A stretch of 64,000 nt of DNA from Gammaproteobacteria bacterium (GTDB lineage Bacteria; Pseudomonadota; Gammaproteobacteria; Steroidobacterales; JBFFHS01), in NCBI GenBank assembly GCA_041556855.1, contig JBFFHS010000001.1:9423-73422 (forward strand), written 5' to 3'. A program made the translations under genes and the position numbers. The notes under the pieces are model-generated. The model was not told the origin of the DNA. It saw nothing but the letters and a program-made list of their open reading frames with translations, and did no database searches. This document shows positions 59,641 through 64,000 of this stretch, piece by piece. The first letter of the stretch is position 1. Every line of letters begins with the position of its first letter.

Positions 59641-61843
59641 CGTGCGAAGCCTGAGCCTGACATTACTTCTGCTGGCGCCCACGCTGCTACCGGCCGCGGA
59701 TCCGGACATTCTGCCCCCCGAAGAGGCCTTCCCCTACGTCGCCCAGGCCGGGGCGGAAACGATCACGCTGTCCTTCTCTGTGCCTGAAGGGTACTACCTG
59801 TATCGGGAACGCTTCGCGTTTGAGAGCGGCACCCCAGGCGTCACACTCCAGCAAGCCCGGTTTCCCAAGGGCAAGATCTATCAGGACGAATTCTTCGGCG
59901 AGATGGAGATCTATCGCGGCGATTTCGCCATCAGCATCCCCTATGGCACCGCTGGCGCGCCCGAGCTGGCCCTTAATCTTCGCCTCCAGGGCTGTGCCGA
60001 CATCGGCATCTGTTATCCGCCCCAGCGATGGAGCCGCACAGTCGCCCTGCCTGGCGGCAGCCAGCCGACCAATCCGCTCAGCACCCTGCTGAGCGGTGGG
60101 ACGGGCGGCGGCAACCCGCTGCCCGCGGCATCTGCCTTCAGTGTTGATCTGCGGGTGGATAACGCCAATCAGATCGCAGTGAGCTGGCAGATCGCGCCCG
60201 GCTACTACATGTATCGGGACAAGTTCTCTTTCAGCGTCGACGGCCAGACCATCCAGCTCGGCACCCCGCGCCTGCCAGCCGGCGTTCCAAAATATGACGA
60301 GCATTTCGGCGACACCGAAGTCTTCTACGACTACGTGGAGGCGGAAGTGCCCTTCAGCCGGGCATCGCCGGCCGCCGCAAGCATCACCCTGACAGCCTTT
60401 TTCCAGGGCTGCCAGGAAGACGGCATTTGCTATCCGCCGCTGCAAGAACAGATTGCTTTCCTGCTTCCGGCCAGCGCCAGCTTTGCCGCCAGCGCCGGCC
60501 TTGGAACGGACAGCAGCGGCGGCATGATTTCCGAGCAAGACCGGCTGGCCGGGCTGATCGTCGGCGGATCCTGGGTCCTGATGCTGGCCACCTTTTACGG
60601 CTTGGGCCTGCTGCTCGCCTTTACACCCTGCGTGCTGCCCATGGTCCCCATTCTCTCGGGGATCATCGCAGGCCAAGGTGGCCACGTCACCGCGGGTCGA
60701 GGTTTCGCCCTGTCCTTGACTTACGTCATGGGCATGGCCCTGACCTACACGGCCGCGGGCGCGCTGGCCGCGGTGGCAGGTGCCCAGGTTCAAGCGCTGT
60801 TCCAGGCACCCTGGGTCATCACGCTGTTCGCCGGCTTGTTCGTGCTGCTGGCTCTGGCGATGTTCGGCATCTACGGGTTGCAGATGCCCGCCTTCATTCA
60901 AACCCGGCTGGCGGACATGGCCAACCGCCAACGGGCGGGCACGTTTGTGGGTACTGCAATCATGGGGGCACTGTCGGCGCTGATTGTCACCACCTGCGTC
61001 GCGCCACCACTGGTGGCCACTCTGGCGGTAATCGGTCAGACCGGTGACGCGCTGCGCGGGGCCCTGGCGCTGTTTGTGCTCAGCCTGGGCATGGGCTCGC
61101 CGCTGCTGGTGGTGGGCGCATCCGCCGGCAAGCTGTTGCCCAAGGCAGGACCCTGGATGAACACCGTCAAAGCGGGCTTCGGCGTCATGCTGCTGGGCCT
61201 GGCCATCTGGATGATGGAGCGGGTGCTGCCGGGTGCTGTCACGCTGTCTCTGTGGGCGGCGCTGCTGTTCCTCACCGGTGTCTTCATGGGTGCCCTGGAA
61301 CCACTGGCTGAAGGCGCCACCAACAGCCGCCGTCTGGGCAAGGGCTTGGGCTTGATGGCCTGCCTCTACGGCGCCCTGATGCTGGTGGGCGCAACCCTGG
61401 GTGGGGACAATCCATTGCGGCCGTTGCCGCGCAATCTTCTGGTGGCTGGCGGGGCCGGTAGCAGCGAAACCGCCGAGCTGAACTTTCGGCCTATCCAGAC
61501 GGTGGCGGCGCTGGAAGATCACCTGGCTGCCGCACGGGCAGCGGGTCAACCGGTCATGGTGGATTTCACCGCCGACTGGTGCGTCTCCTGCAAAGAAATG
61601 GAGGAGTACACCTTCACCGATGCGAACGTCCACGCCGCCCTTGAGCCCTATCGGCTGCTGCGCGCCGACGTCACGCAAAACAACGCGGATCACCAGGCGC
61701 TGCTGCGGTACTTCGGCATTTTCGGTCCGCCCACGATAGCGTTCTTCAACCCGCAGGGTGAGGAGCTGCGCGGGTACCGGCTGGTGGGCTACGTCCCGGC
61801 CACCGAGTTCGCGGCTCACGTCAATCGCGCCGCAAATCTGTAG
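59627..61843 (+). CDS. dsbD: Thiol:disulfide interchange protein DsbD with a duplicated N-terminal (alpha) domain
   Basis: 738 aa. There are two alpha-like modules, each ending in a GC-x5-CYPP motif (GCADIGICYPP, GCQEDGICYPP). A central TM domain with Cys (FTPCVLPM.., TTCVAPPL) and a C-terminal thioredoxin motif WCVSC follow. The start is GTG 59627 or GTG 59642. Confidence 0.9.
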   Translation: MRTCDVRSLSLTLLLLAPTLLPAADPDILPPEEAFPYVAQAGAETITLSFSVPEGYYLYRERFAFESGTPGVTLQQARFPKGKIYQDEFFGEMEIYRGDFAISIPYGTAGAPELALNLRLQGCADIGICYPPQRWSRTVALPGGSQPTNPLSTLLSGGTGGGNPLPAASAFSVDLRVDNANQIAVSWQIAPGYYMYRDKFSFSVDGQTIQLGTPRLPAGVPKYDEHFGDTEVFYDYVEAEVPFSRASPAAASITLTAFFQGCQEDGICYPPLQEQIAFLLPASASFAASAGLGTDSSGGMISEQDRLAGLIVGGSWVLMLATFYGLGLLLAFTPCVLPMVPILSGIIAGQGGHVTAGRGFALSLTYVMGMALTYTAAGALAAVAGAQVQALFQAPWVITLFAGLFVLLALAMFGIYGLQMPAFIQTRLADMANRQRAGTFVGTAIMGALSALIVTTCVAPPLVATLAVIGQTGDALRGALALFVLSLGMGSPLLVVGASAGKLLPKAGPWMNTVKAGFGVMLLGLAIWMMERVLPGAVTLSLWAALLFLTGVFMGALEPLAEGATNSRRLGKGLGLMACLYGALMLVGATLGGDNPLRPLPRNLLVAGGAGSSETAELNFRPIQTVAALEDHLAAARAAGQPVMVDFTADWCVSCKEMEEYTFTDANVHAALEPYRLLRADVTQNNADHQALLRYFGIFGPPTIAFFNPQGEELRGYRLVGYVPATEFAAHVNRAANL

Positions 61844-61855
61844 AATTCCGGCGGC

Positions 61856-62443
61856 ATGAGTCCGGTAACCAAAATACTCATCATCGTCCTGGCGCTGACC
61901 GCTGCTGCGGTGGGCGGGTTCTTGACCTATTCCGCCCTCACCCCACGGCCGCTGCAGCCTGCCACGGTGCTTGAACTGCCCGATGTCAGCCTGCCTGATC
62001 TGTCCGGTACGCCACGCGCCATCCGCGACTGGGCCGGAGATCGAGGTTTGATCATCAATTTCTGGGCCACATGGTGCGCGCCCTGCCTGCGGGAAATCCC
62101 GCTCCTGACGGCCTTTCAGTCAGCCCAGGGCGCCAGAGCCCAAGTGCTGGGTATCGCGGTGGACCGACTGGATGACGTCACCGCATTTGCACCGGAGATG
62201 AATTTCAACTATCCGATCCTGGTGGGTGAGGCGGATGCCATGGCAGCGGCGGAAGCCTTTGGTGCGGATTTTCTTGCCCTGCCCTTCACCGTATTCACCG
62301 CATCCGGCGGCCAGATTCTCGCCGTGCATACGGGCGAGATCACTGCCGGGGATTTGGACAATTACGCCAAAGTGCTCGTGGATATCGCCGCCGGAACCCT
62401 GGGCCTGGAACAGGCGCGGCGGCGCATGGCGGGTCGCCTCTAA
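61856..62443 (+). CDS. TlpA-family membrane-anchored thioredoxin-like disulfide reductase
   Basis: N-terminal TM helix and the FWATWCAPC active site. Confidence 0.8.
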   Translation: MSPVTKILIIVLALTAAAVGGFLTYSALTPRPLQPATVLELPDVSLPDLSGTPRAIRDWAGDRGLIINFWATWCAPCLREIPLLTAFQSAQGARAQVLGIAVDRLDDVTAFAPEMNFNYPILVGEADAMAAAEAFGADFLALPFTVFTASGGQILAVHTGEITAGDLDNYAKVLVDIAAGTLGLEQARRRMAGRL

Positions 62444-62536
62444 GGGCTCGACGAACCACCGGAATTCTGTAAAATAGCGCAAACACGCGCTTAAAAGCGC
62501 CGATCTCGCAGCTATTTCTCAGGAAATCCCATTTTC

Positions 62537-62974
62537 ATGAGTTCCCTTCTGCTATTAAACGGACCGAATCTCAATTTGCTGGGGTCCCGGGAACCGGGCG
62601 TTTACGGTCAGGTGTCCCTGGCGGAAATCGAGAAGCGTCTGACGGCTCTTGCCGACAACAAAGGCATGCGGCTGGCGGCCTTCCAGAGCGACGCGGAACA
62701 CGAGCTGGTGCGGCGGATCCACCAGGCCAAGGATGACCAGGTCGATTTCATCCTGTTCAACCCGGCCGCATTTACCCATACCAGCATAGCCTTGCGGGAC
62801 GCGTTATTGGCAGTGGCGATCCCCTTCATCGAGATTCATCTGAGCAACGTGGCCGCCCGCGAGGCGTTCCGGCAGCAATCGTTTTTTGCGGATATCGCGG
62901 TGGGCACGATCTCGGGGTTCGGCGCCGACAGCTATGAGCTGGCGCTGGCGGCCGCAATCCGGCATCTCAAATAG
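62537..62974 (+). CDS. aroQ: Type II 3-dehydroquinate dehydratase
   Basis: [40 protein letters not shown]. Confidence 0.95.
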   Translation: MSSLLLLNGPNLNLLGSREPGVYGQVSLAEIEKRLTALADNKGMRLAAFQSDAEHELVRRIHQAKDDQVDFILFNPAAFTHTSIALRDALLAVAIPFIEIHLSNVAAREAFRQQSFFADIAVGTISGFGADSYELALAAAIRHLK

Positions 62975-62999
62975 ATCAGGTTCGACGGGGGATTCGAGC

Positions 63000-63455
63000 G
63001 TGGACATTCGCAAGGTCAAGAAACTTATCGAGCTGCTGGAAGAGTCGGGCATCGCCGAGATCGAAATCAGCGAGGGGGACGACTCTGTCCGCATCAGCCG
63101 TTATCCCCAGGGCGGCATGGCGGCACCCGTGGCCATGCCGATACCAGCGGCGGCGCCACCCAACCCCGATGCCGCGAGCATCCCGGAAGCGCAGCCAGCG
63201 GTCGCACCGGCACCGGCAGCAGGCCACGAGGTCACCGCACCCATGGTGGGCACCTTTTATGCTTCGCCGACGCCGGGTGCCCGACCCTTTGTTGAAATCG
63301 GGTCTCAGGTTGAGGCGGGTGACACGCTGTGCATCATCGAGGCCATGAAGATGATGAACCAGATTGAAACCGACGTCGCCGGCCGGGTGGTGAGCGTTCA
63401 GGTGGAGAACGGTGAGCCTGTGGAATACGGTCAGGTATTGTTCATTATCGAGTGA
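63000..63455 (+). CDS. accB: Acetyl-CoA carboxylase biotin carboxyl carrier protein
   Basis: GTG start gives (M)[22 protein letters not shown]. An Ala/Pro linker follows, then the biotinylation motif [10 protein letters not shown]. Confidence 0.9.
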   Translation: MDIRKVKKLIELLEESGIAEIEISEGDDSVRISRYPQGGMAAPVAMPIPAAAPPNPDAASIPEAQPAVAPAPAAGHEVTAPMVGTFYASPTPGARPFVEIGSQVEAGDTLCIIEAMKMMNQIETDVAGRVVSVQVENGEPVEYGQVLFIIE

Positions 63456-63473
63456 GCCGCTGCTATCGCTGCC

Positions 63474-64000
63474 ATGATTGACAAGCTGCTCATTGCCAAC
63501 CGCGGCGAGATCGCTTTGCGAGTCCTGCGCGCCTGCCGCGAGCTGGGCATCAAAACCGTGGCAGCCCACTCCACCGCCGATACCACCTTGAAACACGTTT
63601 TGCTGGCAGACGAAACGGTATGCATCGGACCGCCGCCGTCCACAGAAAGCTACCTGAACATGCCGGCCATCATCGCCGCCGCCGAGGTCACGGATACCAT
63701 GGCCATTCATCCCGGCTACGGCTTTCTATCCGAGAATGCCGACTTTGCCGAACGGGTCGAAGAGAGCGGTTTCATTTTTGTCGGCCCAACGGCTGCAACC
63801 ATTCGTTTGATGGGTGACAAAGTCTCCGCCATCCGCGCCATGAAAGCCGCTGGCGTACCAACGGTACCCGGCTCCGACGGACCCCTGGGCGACAGCCCGG
63901 AGGAAAACCTGCGGCTAGCCAGGGACATCGGCTATCCGGTCATTATCAAAGCCGCCGGCGGCGGCGGTGGTCGTGGCATGCGGGTAGTCCATGCCGAAGG
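63474..64000 (+). CDS. accC: Acetyl-CoA carboxylase biotin carboxylase, 5' part (runs off the window)
   Basis: My own translation from ATG 63474 gives [36 protein letters not shown]...[20 protein letters not shown]. This ORF is not in the track because it has no stop inside the window. Confidence 0.95.
   Translation, partial: MIDKLLIANRGEIALRVLRACRELGIKTVAAHSTADTTLKHVLLADETVCIGPPPSTESYLNMPAIIAAAEVTDTMAIHPGYGFLSENADFAERVEESGFIFVGPTAATIRLMGDKVSAIRAMKAAGVPTVPGSDGPLGDSPEENLRLARDIGYPVIIKAAGGGGGRGMRVVHAE

Noticed and set aside
59687-61819. 710-aa minus-strand ORF antisense to dsbD. Similar long antisense ORFs occur at 9953-11284, 45132-46304, 26696-27604, 57565-58605, 55640-56614 and 54482-55198.
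   Set aside because: They sit opposite genes with unmistakable homology (dsbD, amidohydrolase, ppnN, gshB, groEL, glnE). Their translations are Arg/Gly/Ala/Pro-rich low-information sequence, typical of stop-codon-poor antisense frames in high-GC DNA.
62470-62520. 7-nt inverted repeat (aaatagc...gctattt) upstream of aroQ.
   Set aside because: The arms are short with a long spacer, so it is compatible with chance in an AT-richer promoter region. There is no supporting motif knowledge.

Overview
This window is high-GC, gene-dense core chromosome from a gammaproteobacterium. Gene order resembles Pseudomonas around pilGHIJ-chpA/gshB/tonB/algH/ruvX and pilT-pilU/yggS/yggT; the taxon is inferred from synteny only. 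About 65 protein genes can be supported:
- polyphosphate metabolism: ppk 3' end and ppx
- erpA with a bactofilin, rppH, tyrA
- a glutathione-dependent formaldehyde detoxification operon (frmA-fghA) coupled to a GGT-like gene
- pdxH, a large TolB-repeat/amidohydrolase, ampD-ampE, rsmE
- a Pil-Chp chemosensory cluster: pilG, pilH, pilI, pilJ, chpA, chpC
- three tandem PilT-family ATPases
- msrB and an osmoprotectant-type ABC transporter
- heat-shock genes htpG, htpX and groES-groEL
- LPS core genes lpxL, kdkA, waaF and hldD
- glnE, cutA-dsbD-tlpA, aroQ-accB-accC

I saw no rRNA, tRNA, CRISPR array, transposase or integrase.

The strongest candidate for something undescribed is a roughly 0.5 kb AT-rich island at 12.8-13.3 kb. 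It holds a near-consensus sigma-54 promoter, a roughly 280-nt purine-rich transcript packed with AAN triplet runs, and a strong intrinsic terminator. That is the architecture of a CrcZ-like Hfq/Crc-sequestering sRNA.

Other points worth a second look:
- a DsbD with a tandemly duplicated N-terminal domain
- a Pil-Chp cluster lacking the methylation enzymes
- a perfect CIRCE operator on groESL, alongside textbook sigma-32 promoters on htpG and htpX
- a gene-poor 1.6 kb stretch at 43.3-44.9 kb

All functional calls rest on my reading of the translated ORFs and motifs. No database search was run.
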